The position numbers and the translations under genes are program-made. From contig NW_025766968.1 in NCBI RefSeq assembly GCF_003918875.1, forward strand, positions 7,626,001 through 7,690,000: a stretch of 64,000 nucleotides of DNA, given 5' to 3'. Shown here piece after piece: positions 45,411 through 59,265 of the stretch; the first letter of the stretch is position 1; the number at the start of each line of letters is the position of its first letter. Source of the DNA: Haliotis rubra. Lineage: Eukaryota. The notes beneath the pieces are model-generated. The model ran no database searches and was not told the DNA's origin. It saw nothing but the letters and a program-made list of their open reading frames with translations.

Positions 45411-48400
45411 ATGGGCAGTACAAGCAGCATGCAGAGGCCTCCTCCTCGCAAAACTGCTGATGCAGCAAATTCTAGCCCAGGCGATACTCGTAATCAACCG
45501 GTGAATAACCTATCTAAAACACAGTCTGATCGAGGAGGAACTGATATCACTCAGAAACCAGCAGTAAACTCTGTACCTTCTGGCGTGGATACGGAGGCTG
45601 AAATGAAGAAACTGCGGGAAGATGCTTCACATTTAAATTCGGAATTTGACGAAATTGACACTCTTATTCAAGAACTTAAAGCTGATGCTTTCACGAAGAC
45701 TGGGAAATATTCAAGGATCTACAACTGGAGATCTCTGGGCTTCGAGGACTACGCTGATACGGACCGTCGTAAGCTCGGTGAATACTTAGCGGTATCTGAC
45801 GCTGCTGAAGTGCTGAATGCAGCATTTGACACACTGCTGAAATCACTTGGGTTTACATGTATGTGGCCTATAAAGATGGACTTTGAAGACAAGACGCAGG
45901 TTCTTGTTGCTCAAAAGTTATCCATGATACGAATGATTGTGTGGAACAATACGGATGGTAGTCTCAGTTTTGCTGAAAAGGTGAGCAAAGCTGGGATGCT
46001 TAAATATTTCGTGGAAGATTTAAAACAGATGGATGTGGAAGATGCCGCCGCCGCTGATGACGATGATGAAGATGATGACGAGGTCAGTGAGATATTTACA
46101 CACACTCAATGAATGGGAAAGCGTTCATTTCAAAGAAGCATGCATATATATATGCCCCTCATTTTCCATAAATATTGTTGTTCTTACGTAGGCTATCAAT
46201 TTCGTGTCAATGCAATATTACGCCGCTTTTAGTAATATTCCAGAAATATCACGGCGGGTTTCACACATTGTACCCATTGTACCACTAGGCTACCCAGCCG
46301 CCCCCTTTTCAACAGGGCATGCATACTTATAGCAAAAAATCCCGCCGTAATTGTCATGATATATAAATTCCGCAGCCCAAATAGACATTTTGAAGTCCAG
46401 TTATAATCCCACGTTGCAAGTAGAATGTTCTCTCACACACTAAAGTCTCTCAAACATTCATTTAGTCCATTCAGGAGATAATTGTAAATGCACGTAATCA
46501 TACGAGCCATGGCCTTCCAAAAATTGTACACTGAGCTGATGTTGTGTATAATATTCGACGGGAATACACGTTTTACGAAGACTTGTCTATAAATAATCGA
46601 GTCTTGACCAGACAAAAACAGTGAATGTTATTTGTAGGAACGTCCCTTGTCATGCTTGGGATGACTTAATACTCAATCAGTTTAAAACTGAACAGATGGA
46701 AGATGAACACAACGTCAGTTAGACGTAACCGTGAACATTTTGTCAATGTATGTTGCAGGAGCTTGACAACACATTTGAAGCGGCCATTTCCATCCTCCAG
46801 AACTGCTCAAGGAACCCTGCGACCAGACAACATCTTCGGGAACTCGGGACAGTTTCCGTCCTGCTGCCGTATCTCAAGTGCAGGTCAGATGGTAAATATT
46901 ACACATCTGTTTGCGAACACGTTCTTGAAGAAATAGCTTTTGAGAATTCCAGTGGACATCGGATACCACTCATTGTGAACGATGAACAATATTGTCAATA
47001 TTGTTCCTCTCTTTTACTCCTCCCTCGTAACAAATCAGTGAACTCAGCAATGTGTTTGCCGTATTTTAGAATGATAGTTTGCTAAACATGGTTCTATGTT
47101 TATTGTTAGGACATAGATTTTCATTACAAAAATGATAGAGTTGGTTTGATACATTTTATTATGATCAGCGTTTCGTTGAGAATATATGTTTGCTTAGAGA
47201 AGCGAGTTAGATGATAATTCATAGAGTCCCTATTGACTAACACCAAAACGGACTCTATAATCTTACTCGTCTACACAGCACCTGATAATTGCTTCCGGTC
47301 AGGGTTTAAATCGTGATTAAAGAATGGATCTGAACTGGATGGTCAGCTCACAGGAACGTAATCATGTTGGCCAAACATGGATCGACTGCCTTTCTCTTTG
47401 CTTAACAATCAATTATTTACATTACATAAAAATGAATGAGCATTCACATGGGTAGATTCATACAAAAGTATGTGTTCAATGTTAATAATGAGAATACCTC
47501 AAGAAGCGAGATTGTGATAATTATAGAGAAATCCTATTCGACTAACACCAACAACAGATACTGATTTACACTCGTCTATAGGATTGTTCATCTTTCAATT
47601 GCTTATTAACTGTTGTACATGTCCAACGTCTTTTGTATAATAGATAAGTTATATTCCAGTTAACACAATGTGATGTTCATGGTGACACTAATTATGTTGA
47701 TAGTATTAATAACGATGCGGACCCTTGAGAGTCATGACTTACGTCGATTGTTCCAGAGGGTAAGCTGCAGACTCTGTTTACTCTTGCCAACATCGTGGAC
47801 GAAACCGAAAGTGAACATCTTCTGGCTGACAAAACCGTGATTGATCAATTGTTCGATATACTGAAGGAAGCATGGGCGATTGAGGAACACCGCTATATTG
47901 GTTTCAGTGTGGAGGAGATAGTGGATGGGATGACTGGTCTAGCCAAAAATGACACCAACAAGAAGGTCCTGTGGGAAAAGGGAGCCGTTCCTATACTTAC
48001 AGAGATTATGAAATTTGGATCGGACGAAGAGAAAGAGTATGCCGTGAAATGTATATGGGAACTGTCTTTTGATAAAACTAACAAGGAAATATTCAATGTA
48101 AGTTCCTTGGAAGTGGATTGTTTGGTTTTTGAGATTCGAGTAAATGCTTCATTTGCCACTTTCATTTCTCATGGTTCAGAACTAAATATATTATATTTTT
48201 TAAGTGGATTACATAATCATTGATATGCGTTGTTTCTTCTGGCCATAAAATATTTTTAATATTTATTACTACACGTCCGTCATTAGTATAAAAGAAGGAA
48301 GGATTCCCCACTGCGGAAAATTGTCAGCCGTATGTTTGGCCAGGTATTGTACTGACAAGACACTTGCGTGACATGCCCTCTATACTTCGTAGTCTGTGTA

Positions 48401-51384
48401 AATGGAAGAACTACAAATAGAATCCTGTCAGAGGTGAAACCGATGTATAATGGCAACCACATCATCGTAGAGACACATATATATATAGTGTGATATACTT
48501 AGTTTAGTCCCATTCTTTCAGGAAAATAAAGAGTTGCAACAGCTACTTCAGGAACTCAAGTCATCCTCTTCTACAGGCGTTTCTAAAGCTGCAGCTGGAG
48601 CATTGTGGGTGCTAGCTATGGAGGAAAACAATAATACAAGTACGTAACAACGAACCATATTACCATTAGCCTTAGTAACGTAAACGTTAGACAAAGTAAC
48701 GGAACACTTATCATGATAATTATGCTGTGAACCTGATTGTCCGATTTTGTATATAATCTCCTGCGTCAAGTAGGGGTTGCTGAAGACCAACTGTAACCCA
48801 ATTCTTAGCGGGGCTTTTATTAGTTTTGGGAAAAGCTCTAAATTTGCCAATTACTGTTTTTTCATCTCACTGAATATGTTATTTTCTGTCTATTTATGTT
48901 ATGTCATAATTTTTGTTAGATTTTATTCATGCATATAATTTTAATGTTGACAACTAAGTTTACGTTTTACTTAATTGGTTGTCTTATAGTTGTCTTTATT
49001 TATTTGTTACGTATATCTGTCCTTTTAAATATCATGGTATCGAATACCAAGTGCTGTACTTTTTAAATAGCATACTTTAGGTCGAAATCCTACAATTATA
49101 GAGTATCGTAAACAGTATCACCTATGTGTTTTGATATGTGGTATGAACAGTGAAGTAAAATTTGAGGGTGAAACATAAACATTTTTTCAGCATTAACAGG
49201 GGGTCTCGAAGGGAGGAGTGGGTCATATGGAGGTCATGTGATGATCAGTTACCAGTGGACAGACCAGAAGCTGGTGCTGAAGGTATTTTATAATTTGTTT
49301 TCTGAATTGATCAAACATATCATTAAAAGGTTATATGTTGTTCAGTGACCAGTCGATTGACCACAAGGAGGTGTGTCTTTCCATTGGTTTTCGGAATTGA
49401 TAACAAAATATTATTCAGTATAATGTCATTGATATTGCAATTATTTTTCAAAAATAGATCAAGGAATCACTGCGCCAGAAAGGGTACAAGATCTGGATGG
49501 ATGTTGATCACATGGAGGGGTCCACGCTGCAGGCGATGGCGGAGGCCGTTCAGAACGCTTCTGTTGTGTTGGTGTGTATGTCGGAGAGGTACAAGCTGAG
49601 TCAGAACTGCAGGTCAGGTGAGTCAACAATTTCAGGAATCCATTGTTTGGTCTAGATAAGTTTGAATGTTGCAATTTTGACTACATGTAATGGTGAGTAA
49701 AATTAATCTTTATCATGTTTTATATCAGAGGCTGAGTATGCTTTCTCGTTGGAGAAGAAGATTGTCCCTCTTCTGATGCAGAGGGCATATAAACCAGACG
49801 GATGGTTGGGTATGATTAAAGGGACAAAACTCTTCTTCGACTTCAGCGGAAAATACCCGTATGATCAGAAATTAACTGATCTTGTGAAGGAGCTTGGTGA
49901 ACATGGGAAGACTCAGCAGCTCACTGATGAAATTGATGTAGGTTATGACGTAATGGTGACTATTGCATAAATATAATGGTGTATTGATAGGTAAACATTA
50001 TAGAAAGCACAAAATGTACACGTGAGAAGTCAGCGAGGACTATCCTTCAAGCAGGTGCTGCACTTAGGTCATAGATTTCATAGGTCAAGTATCAAGTCGG
50101 TTATTGGAATGCATATTCTTACACTGAATGTTCTTCTTAGTGCTAAAGGTAAATGTGATGATACTCTGTGTCTGATTGACAAAACGTTGATTCTTTCATG
50201 ACACTTGTTATTAATTACGAATAGTCTATGTGTGATATTGTATAACACAGACAGTTGTTGTTTTTATCTTCAGGGTGAGACTAAGATAGTTCCCGTTGTG
50301 AAAGCAGCTCCCCTTGCCGCTGCAAGAGGTCGGTCACTTGCTGACTGGTCAGTGAAGGATGTCCAGAATTGGCTCACGAAGACAGGATTAACAAAGTACA
50401 TATATCCTTGGTATTTACTTGTCTGAAGAATACCATAGTATGTGCCGTACCTACGGCGTCCTCACGCACTCTTATTCAGTATATTCATTGTTTGGGATTG
50501 TAAATGTAGGTTAAATATATGTTCTTGGAGTACGTCAACCCAAAAAATATAATAGGAGAGGGTAATCACTCAATTAAGTTGAATGAATCAAACCAGAACT
50601 GATTTTCATTTGTTTCAGTGACTCGTTGCTACGTAAAATGACTGGGGATGATCTATTGTTTCTGCGTGAAGTATCTCACAGGGTAAGCATGAAGGCTTGT
50701 TGCAATCCATTACTAAATATATGGGATGTCGAAACGCCGTATTTCCAATTTAGCTCGAATTGAGTTCGCTCCAAAGTTTGGTTCCAGGCACCATGATATG
50801 AGTCCTTACTCATGTAAATCAGAGTTAAAATTGATCTTTAGCAATCCATGCTTGTCGAAGGATTGTCTGGTCCAAACTCGATTATTTACACACCGCCGTC
50901 ATATGGCTGGAATATTGCCGAGAGCGCCGTTTAACAACAAACAAACAAACAAACAAACAAACTCTTCTGCCATATACTTCTACAAAAACACGAACAACAG
51001 AACAATATCAAATGAACATTATTTTTTCCCATAATTACATTGTATGATTAGGAGGTGTTAATATGATAACGTTTCAGATGCTGGTGACTGATGTAAGATA
51101 ATTAATGCTTTGAATGTCTCGTTCCACAAGAGAAGTTGCATGTTGTTCCAAATGCATGTTGTGTCTGGTACCAGCACTGAGATTATATGACAAACTTTAT
51201 CATTTGATTCCGAAATTCCCATTCACCTCAGGGAATTCGCTTCAATACTGGATTGTGATCGGAAAATAACCTATAACTTTTATCCGTTCAGGCACCCGAG
51301 TTTTACTTCAACTATCTGCTGACTAATCTTCAGCTGCCCTTTGATGACCTCAAGAAGTTCAGCAGAGCTGTTGACAAGCTGTGA
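45411..51384 (+). CDS. Paralog C: ARM-repeat / TIR / SAM-like protein, 667 aa, 10 coding exons (left arm of palindrome)
   Basis: Exons 45411-46082, 46759-46891, 47757-48097, 48522-48639, 49191-49282, 49458-49617, 49729-49937, 50274-50395, 50619-50682, 51292-51384 (TGA); 2004 nt open, all GT-AG. Starts MGSTSS. TIR GHVMISYQW..IWMDVD..SQNCRSEAEYA. SAM-like WSVKDVQNWL. Confidence 0.93.
50820..50961 (+). mobile_element. Deleted family-2 copy in intron 9 of C (mirror copy ~54535-54680 in D)
   Basis: ATCCATGCTTGTCG..GGATTGTCTGGTCCA..GCTGGAATATTGC and (AAAC)n; present in both arms, so it pre-dates the inversion or was copied between arms. Confidence 0.75.
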
Positions 51385-54115
51385 ATCATTATCCCAACTG
51401 TGTGAAGTTTTGGATCTAATGTATATTACATTACAAACTCTCAGATGTATCACTGGACGAATACGTGGCATAGGTTGACTTGCAGATAGTAATACATGCC
51501 TGTGTAATTGACATTGTGTCTGCTGCATATGACAACCTTCAAAGTCAGTTTAATCATGTTTGATGTAGTACAAACATATGTACCTCTAACCCCCTAACCC
51601 CACACCCACCCGACCCCACCCCCCTAACCTCCCCACCCATATACCCCCTGCAGGTTGACGGTTTGACAGCCAACTTATCCATTACATAACAGCCTTTCCT
51701 ATGCATATTTGTGTGATGATATCTCTAGAGATCTGTCTTATGCTTATTGAAATGCCTTTGTTCTTAATAATATTCGTTCAGATGTTGACATCAGTAGCGT
51801 GTGAATCTACGATCATGCACACTCACTACAGACCGAATGAATTATGAACATATTTCTGCATGAATTCTGCACGGATAAGTTTTTGGATTGAATTGGTAAA
51901 TGTACCAGATGCTATAATGCTATATGTATGCACTCTGGTAATGTAAGATACAAACAATATGTATATGGACTTTTCTTTGGTTTTGTTTGTGAAACATACA
52001 TATGACAGAATGAATACAGATGCACTATCTATGTTTATATGCGATAAGCTGAAATCTGTGATACATCTATATTTGAATGTATATATAATGTTTCACACAA
52101 ATGCATATCTGTGATAGATAAAATTGATATTTTGTAGTTCTACTTTTGATGTTCATGTTGAATCCAATATGAATTACATGCGTCGTTTTAATTTAAAAAT
52201 ACAACACTCGTGTCTAGTCTATATCCATGTCAATATGTGAGAGATACTACAATGTCCATACTATAATGTATGATATGTTTATATGTAATATATTTCTCCT
52301 AAGATGAGGCAGCCCTAAGTTATAATCGGAGTTTGCAATATCATTGTTTCTGCAATGTAACCAGGTACAATCATCAGAAAGAATCACTCAGAAAGGTGAA
52401 TAATTATGTGTAATTAATTATTTGACATTTCCATGTATATAGCAAGTTCTTTAATTTAAATAAATCTAACCTATATTTTTATAACCACTGTTATGTTATT
52501 CTGTGTGCCAAATTCGTTTACGTAATTACACACAAGACGTGAAGGAAAAACACCAAATCGGTTTGGGAAACGCTACTATACACTTGAACGAATTTGTGGA
52601 GGCTGTGTTAAACGCTCAATTACGTTGTTGAACCGTTCATGTGACCAATGTCTCTATGTGTTCGAGCGTAATTGTCAAATAATGTAATCATTTCATATGG
52701 TCTTGTTCGTAAAATGTTTACTTGATCCATTGAAAATATTTCATTTGTAACCGGCGGTTACAAATGAAATATTTTCAATGGATCAAGTAAACAACTTTAC
52801 GAACAAGACCATATGAAATGATTACATTATTTGACAATTACGCTCGAACACATAGAGACATTGGTCACATGAACGGTTCAACAACGTAATTAAGCGTTAG
52901 ACACAGCCTCCACACATTCGTTCAAGTGTAAGTAGCGTTTCCCAAACCGATTTGGTGTTTTTCCTTCACGTCTTGTTCTTGTGTGTAATTCGTAAACGAA
53001 TTTGGCACACAGAATAACATAACAGTGGTTATAAAAATATAGGTTAGATTTATTTAAATTAAAGAACTTGCTATATACATGGAAATGTCAAATAATTACA
53101 CAATAATTAGGTAGTTTTCTGAATGATTCTTTCTGATGATTGTATCTAGTTACATTGCTGAAACAATGATATTGCAACCTCCGATTATAACTTAGGGCTG
53201 CCTCATCTTAGGAGAAATATATTACATATAAACATATCATACATTATAGTATGGACATTGTAGTATCTCTCACATATTGACATGGATATAGACGAGACAC
53301 GAGTGTTGTATTTTTAAATTAAAAACCGTGCATGTAATTCATATTGGATTCAACATGAACATCAAAAGTAGAACTGCAAAATATCAATTTTATCTGTCAC
53401 AGATATGCATTTGTGTGAAACAATATATATACATTCAAATATAGATGTATAACAGATTTCAGCTTATCGCATATAAACATAGATAGTGCATCTGTATTCA
53501 TTCTGTCATATGTATGTTTCACAAAGAAAACCAAAGAAAAGTCCATATACATATTGTTTGTATCACACATTACAAGAGTGCATACATATAGCATTATAGC
53601 ATCTGGTACATTTAGAAATTCAATCCAGAACAATCCGTGCAGAATTCATGCAGAAATGTGTTCATAATTCATTCGGTCTGTAGTGAGTGTGCATGATCGT
53701 AGATTCACACGCTACTGATGTCAACATCTGAACGAATATTATTAAGAACAAATCCATTTCAATAAGCTTAAGACAGATCTCTAGAGATATCATCACAAAT
53801 ATGCATAGGAAAGGCTGTTATGTAATGGATAAGTTGGCTGTCAAACCGTCAACCTGCATGGTGGGGGTGGGGATTGGGTGGGGTTAGTAGTTGTGGGGTG
53901 GGCGGGGTTAGGGTACATATGTCTGTACTATATTACACATGATTAGACTGACTTCGAACGGTGCTATATGTAGCAGACACAATGTCAATTACACAGGCAT
54001 GTATTACTATCTGCAAGTCAACCTATGCCACGTATTCGTCCAGTGATACATCTGAGAGTTTGTAATGTTATACACATTAATTAATCCCAAAACTTCACAC
54101 AGTTGGGATAATGAT

Positions 54116-57100
54116 TCACAGTTTGTCAACAGCTCTGCTGAACCTCTTGAGGTCATCAAAGGGCAGCTGAAGATTAGTCAGCAGATAGTTGAAGTAAAAC
54201 TCGGGTGCCTGAACGGATAAAAGTTACAGGTTATTTTCCGATCACAATCCAGTATTGAAGCGAATTCCCTGAGGTGAATGGGAATTTCGGAATCAAATGA
54301 TAAAGTTTGTCATATAATCTCAGTGCTGGTACCAGACACAACATGCATTTGGAACAACAGGCAACTTCTCTTGTGGAACAAGACATTCAAAGCATTAATT
54401 ATCTTACATCAGTCACCAGCATCTGAAACGTTATCATATTAACACCTCCTAATCATACAATGTAATTATGGGAAAAAAATGTTCATTTGATATTGTTCTG
54501 TTGTTCGTGTTTTTGTAGAAGTATATGGCAGAAGAGTTTGTTTGTTTGGTTTGTTTGTTTGTTGTTAAACGGCGCTCTCGGCAATATTCCAGCCATATGA
54601 CGGCGGTGTGTAAATAATCGAGTTTGGACCAGACAATCCTTCGACAAGCATGGATTGCTAAGATCAATTTAAACTCTGATTTACATGAGTAAGGACTCAT
54701 ATCATGGTGCCTGGAACCAAACTTTGGAGCGAACTCATTTCGAGCTAACTTGGAAATACGACGTTTCGACATCCCATATATTTAGTAATGGATTGCAACA
54801 AGCCTTCATGCTTACCCTGTGAGATACTTCACGCAGAAACAATAGATCATCCCCAGTCATTTTACGTAGCAACGAGTCACTGAAACAAATGAAAATCAGT
54901 TCTGGTTTGATTCATTCAACTTAATTGGGTGATTACCCTCTCCTATTATATTTTTTTGTTGACGTACTCCAAGAACATATATTTAACCTACATTTACAAT
55001 CCCAAACAATGAATGTACTGAATAAGAGTGCGTGACCACGCCGTAGGAACGGCACATACTATGGTATTCTTCAGACAAGTAAATACCAAGGATATATGTA
55101 CTTTGTTAATCCTGTCTTCGTGAGCCAATTCTGGACTTCCTTCACTGACCAGTCAGCAAGTGACCGACCTCTTGCAGCGGCAAGGGGAGCTGCTTTCACA
55201 ACGGGAACTATCTTAGTCTCACCCTGGAGATAAAAACAACAACTGTCTATGTTATACAATATCACACATAGACTATTCGTAATTAATAACAAGTGTCATG
55301 AAAGAATCAACGTTTTGTCAATCAGACACAGAGTATCATCACATTTACCTTTAGCACTAAGAAGAACATTCAGTGTAAGAATATGCATTCCAATAACCGA
55401 CTTGATACTTGACCTATGAAATCTATGACCTAAGTGCAGCACCTGCTTGAAGGATAGTCCTCGCTGACTTCTCACGTGTACATTTTGTGCTTTCTATAAT
55501 GCTTACCTATCAATACACCATTATATTTATGTAATAGTCATCATTACGTCATAACCTACATCAATTTCATCAGTGAGCGGCTGAGTCTTCCCATGTTCAC
55601 CAAGCTCCTTCACAAGATCAGTTAATTTCTGATCATACGGGTACTTCCCGCTGAAGTCGAAGAAGAGTTTTGTCCCTTTAATCATACCCAACCATCCGTC
55701 TGGTTTATATGCCCTCTGCATCAGAAGAGGGACAATCTTCTTCTCCAACGAGAAAGCATACTCAGCCTCTGATATAAACAAGATAAAGATTAATTTTACT
55801 CACCATTACATATAGTCAAAATTGCAACATTCAAACTCATCTAGACCAAACAATGGATTCCTGAAATTGTTGACTCACCTGACCTGCAGTTCTGACTCAG
55901 CTTGTACCTCTCCGACATACACACCAACACAACAGAAGCGTTCTGAACGGCCTCCGCCATCGCCTGCAGCATGGACCCCTCCATGTCATCAACATCCATC
56001 CAGATCTTGTACCCTTTCTGGCGCAGTGATTCCTTGATCTATTTTCGAAAAATAATTGCAATATCAATGACATTATACTGAATAATATTTTGTTATCAAT
56101 TCCGAAAACCAATGGAAAGACACACCTCCTTGTGGTCAATCGACTGATCACTGAACAACATATAACCTTTCAATGATATGTTTGATCAATTCAGAAAACA
56201 AATTATAAAATACCTTCAGCACCAGCTTCTGGTCTGTCCACTGGTAACTGATCATCACATGACCTCCATATGACCCACTCCTCCCTTCGAGACCCCCTGT
56301 TAATGCTGAAAAAATGTTTATGTTTCACCCTCAAATTTTACTTCACTGTTCATACCACATATCAAAACACATAGGTGATACTGTTTACGATACTCTATAA
56401 TTGTAGGATTTCGACCTAAAGTATGCTATTTAAAAAGTACAGCACTTGGTATTCGATACCATGATATTTAAAAGGACAGATATACGTAACAAATAAATAA
56501 AGACAACTATAAGACAACCAATTAAGTAAAACGTAACTTAGTTGTCAACATTAAAATTATATGCATGAATAAAATCTAACAAAAATTATGACATAACATA
56601 AATAGACAGAAAAAAACATATTCAGTGAGATGAAAAAACAGTAATTGGCAAGTTTTTCATCAAAACTAATAGAAGCCCCGCTAAGAATTGGGTTACAGTT
56701 GGTCTTCAGCAACCCCTACTTGACGCAGGAGATTATATACAAAATCGGACAATCAGGTTCACAGCATAATTATCATGATAAGTGTTCCGTTACTTTGTCT
56801 AACGTTTACGTTACTAAGGCTAATGGCAATATGGTTCGTTGTTACGTACTTGTATTATTGTTTTCCTTCATAGCTAGAACCCACAATGCTCCAGCTGCAG
56901 CTTTAGAAATGCCTGTAGAAGAGGATGACTTGAGTTCCTGAAGTAGCTGTTGCACCTCTTTATTTTCCTGAAAGAATGGGACTAAACTAAGTATATCACA
57001 CTATATATATATGTCTGTACGATGATGTGGTTGCCATTATACATCAGTTTCACCTCTGACAGGATTCTATGTGTAGTTCTTCCACTTACACAGACTACGA

Positions 57101-59221
57101 AGTATAGAGGGCATGTCACGCAAGCGTCCTGTCAGTACAATACCTAGCCAAACATACGGCTGACAATTTTCCGCAGTGGGGAATCCTTCCTTCTTTTATA
57201 CTAATGACGGACGTGTAGTAATAAATATTAAAAATATTTTATGGCCAGAAGAAACAACGCATATCAATGATTATGTAATCCACTTAAAAATTATAAATAT
57301 ATTTAGTTCTGAACAATGAGAAATGAAAGTGGCAAATGAAGCATTTACTCGAATCTCAAAAACCAAACAATCCACTTCCAAGGAACTTACATTGAATATT
57401 TCCTTGTTAGTTTTATCAAAAGACAGTTCCCATATACATTTCACGGCATACTCTTTCTCTTCGTCCGATCCAAATTTCATAATCTCTGTAAGTATAGGAA
57501 CGGCTCCCTTTTCCCACAGGACCTTCTTGTTGGTGTCATTTTTGGCTAGACCGGTCATCCCATCCACTATCTCATCCACACTGAAACCAATATAGCGGTG
57601 TTCCTCAATCGCCCATGCTTCCTTCAGTATATCGAACAATTGATCAATCACGGTTTTGTCAGCCAGAAGATGTTCACTTTCGGTTTCGTCCACGATGTTG
57701 GCAAGAGTAAACAGAGTCTGCAGCTTACCCTCTGGAACAATCGACATAAGTCATGACTCTCAAGGGTCCGCATCGTTATTAATACTATCAACATAATTAG
57801 TGTCAACATGAACATCACATTGTGTTAACTGGAATATAACTTATCTATTATACAAAAGACGTTAGACATGTACAACAGTTAATAAACAATTGAAAGATGA
57901 ACAATCCTATAGACGAGTGTAAAGAGTTTCATCAGTATCTGTTGTTGGTTTTAGTCGAATAGGATTTCTCTATAATTATCACAATCTCGCTTCTTGAGCA
58001 ATAAAGGTATTCTCATTATTAACATTGAACACATTTTACTCCAAATTCAGATTCGACTCCAATACTTTTGTATGAATCTACCCATGAGAATACTCATTCA
58101 TTTTTATATAATGTAAATAATTGATCGTTAAGCAAAGAGAAAGGCAGTCGATCCATGTTTGGCCAACATGATCACGTTCCTGTGAGCTGACCATCCAGTT
58201 CAGATCCATTCTTTAATCACGATTTAAACCCTGACCGGAAGCAATTATCAGGTGCTGTGTAGGTAATATTATAGTCCGTTTGGCTCAAAAGCGGACTGAT
58301 GAATTGCAATCTAACTCAAAAACTAATAAACATATAATACTCAACGAAACGTTGATCATAATAAAATTATCAAACCAACTCTATGATTTTTGTGCAACAT
58401 CTATGTCCTAACAATAAACATGATGTTTAGCAAACTATCATTAAAATATTTACACAGTTCACTATTTGTTACGAGGGAGGAGTAAAAAGAGAGGAACAAT
58501 ATTCACAATATTGTTCATCGTTCACAATGAGTGGTATCCGATGTCCACTGGAATTCGCAAAAGCTATTTCTTCAAGAACATGTTCGCAAACAGATGTGTA
58601 ATATTTACCATCTGACCTGCACTTGAGATACGGCAGCAGGACGGAAACTGTCCCGAGTTCCCGAAGATGTTGTCTTGTCGCAGGGTTCCTTGAGCAGTTC
58701 TGGAGGATGGAAATTGCCGCTTCAAATGTGTTGTCAAGCTCCTGCAACATACATTGCCAAAATGTTCACGGTTACGTCTAACTGACATTGTGTTCATCTT
58801 CCATCTGTTCAGTTCTAATCAGTATTAAGTCATAATTTCCGGTTTGTTTCTGTCAACCCATGCTTGTGTTACGAAGCGACGTGCTGGACCTTGTGGTCAG
58901 GAGTGGTGTCGTTGTTGACTCCTGCCTTTGTTCCCCGACGGTAAGGGGCGTTCCTTCAAATAACATTCACTGTTTTGTCTGGTCGAGACTCGATTATTTA
59001 TAGTCAAGTCAATCTTCATAAAATTCTCTGGGAATATTTTAAATAACATCAGTTTAGTATTTCAATTAAAAATGTTCAAGCACAAGGCTCGTGCTCAATA
59101 TGAATTTGTCATTTGATTGTGTACATGTTCCTTTATATCCTGAATGGTCGTTTTAAAGTTTAATGTGTGGGTGTATTCCTGGAACGGATCCAGGATTTTG
59201 GAGAAGGTGTACGTGTGTGTG

Positions 59222-59265
<44 letters not shown>

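Noticed and set aside
50726-51034. Mirrored intronic or antisense ORFs (50726/54449, 47893/57323, 48548/56645, 49459/55822)
   Set aside because: They recur only because of the palindrome and are antisense shadows of exons or intron/SINE sequence.
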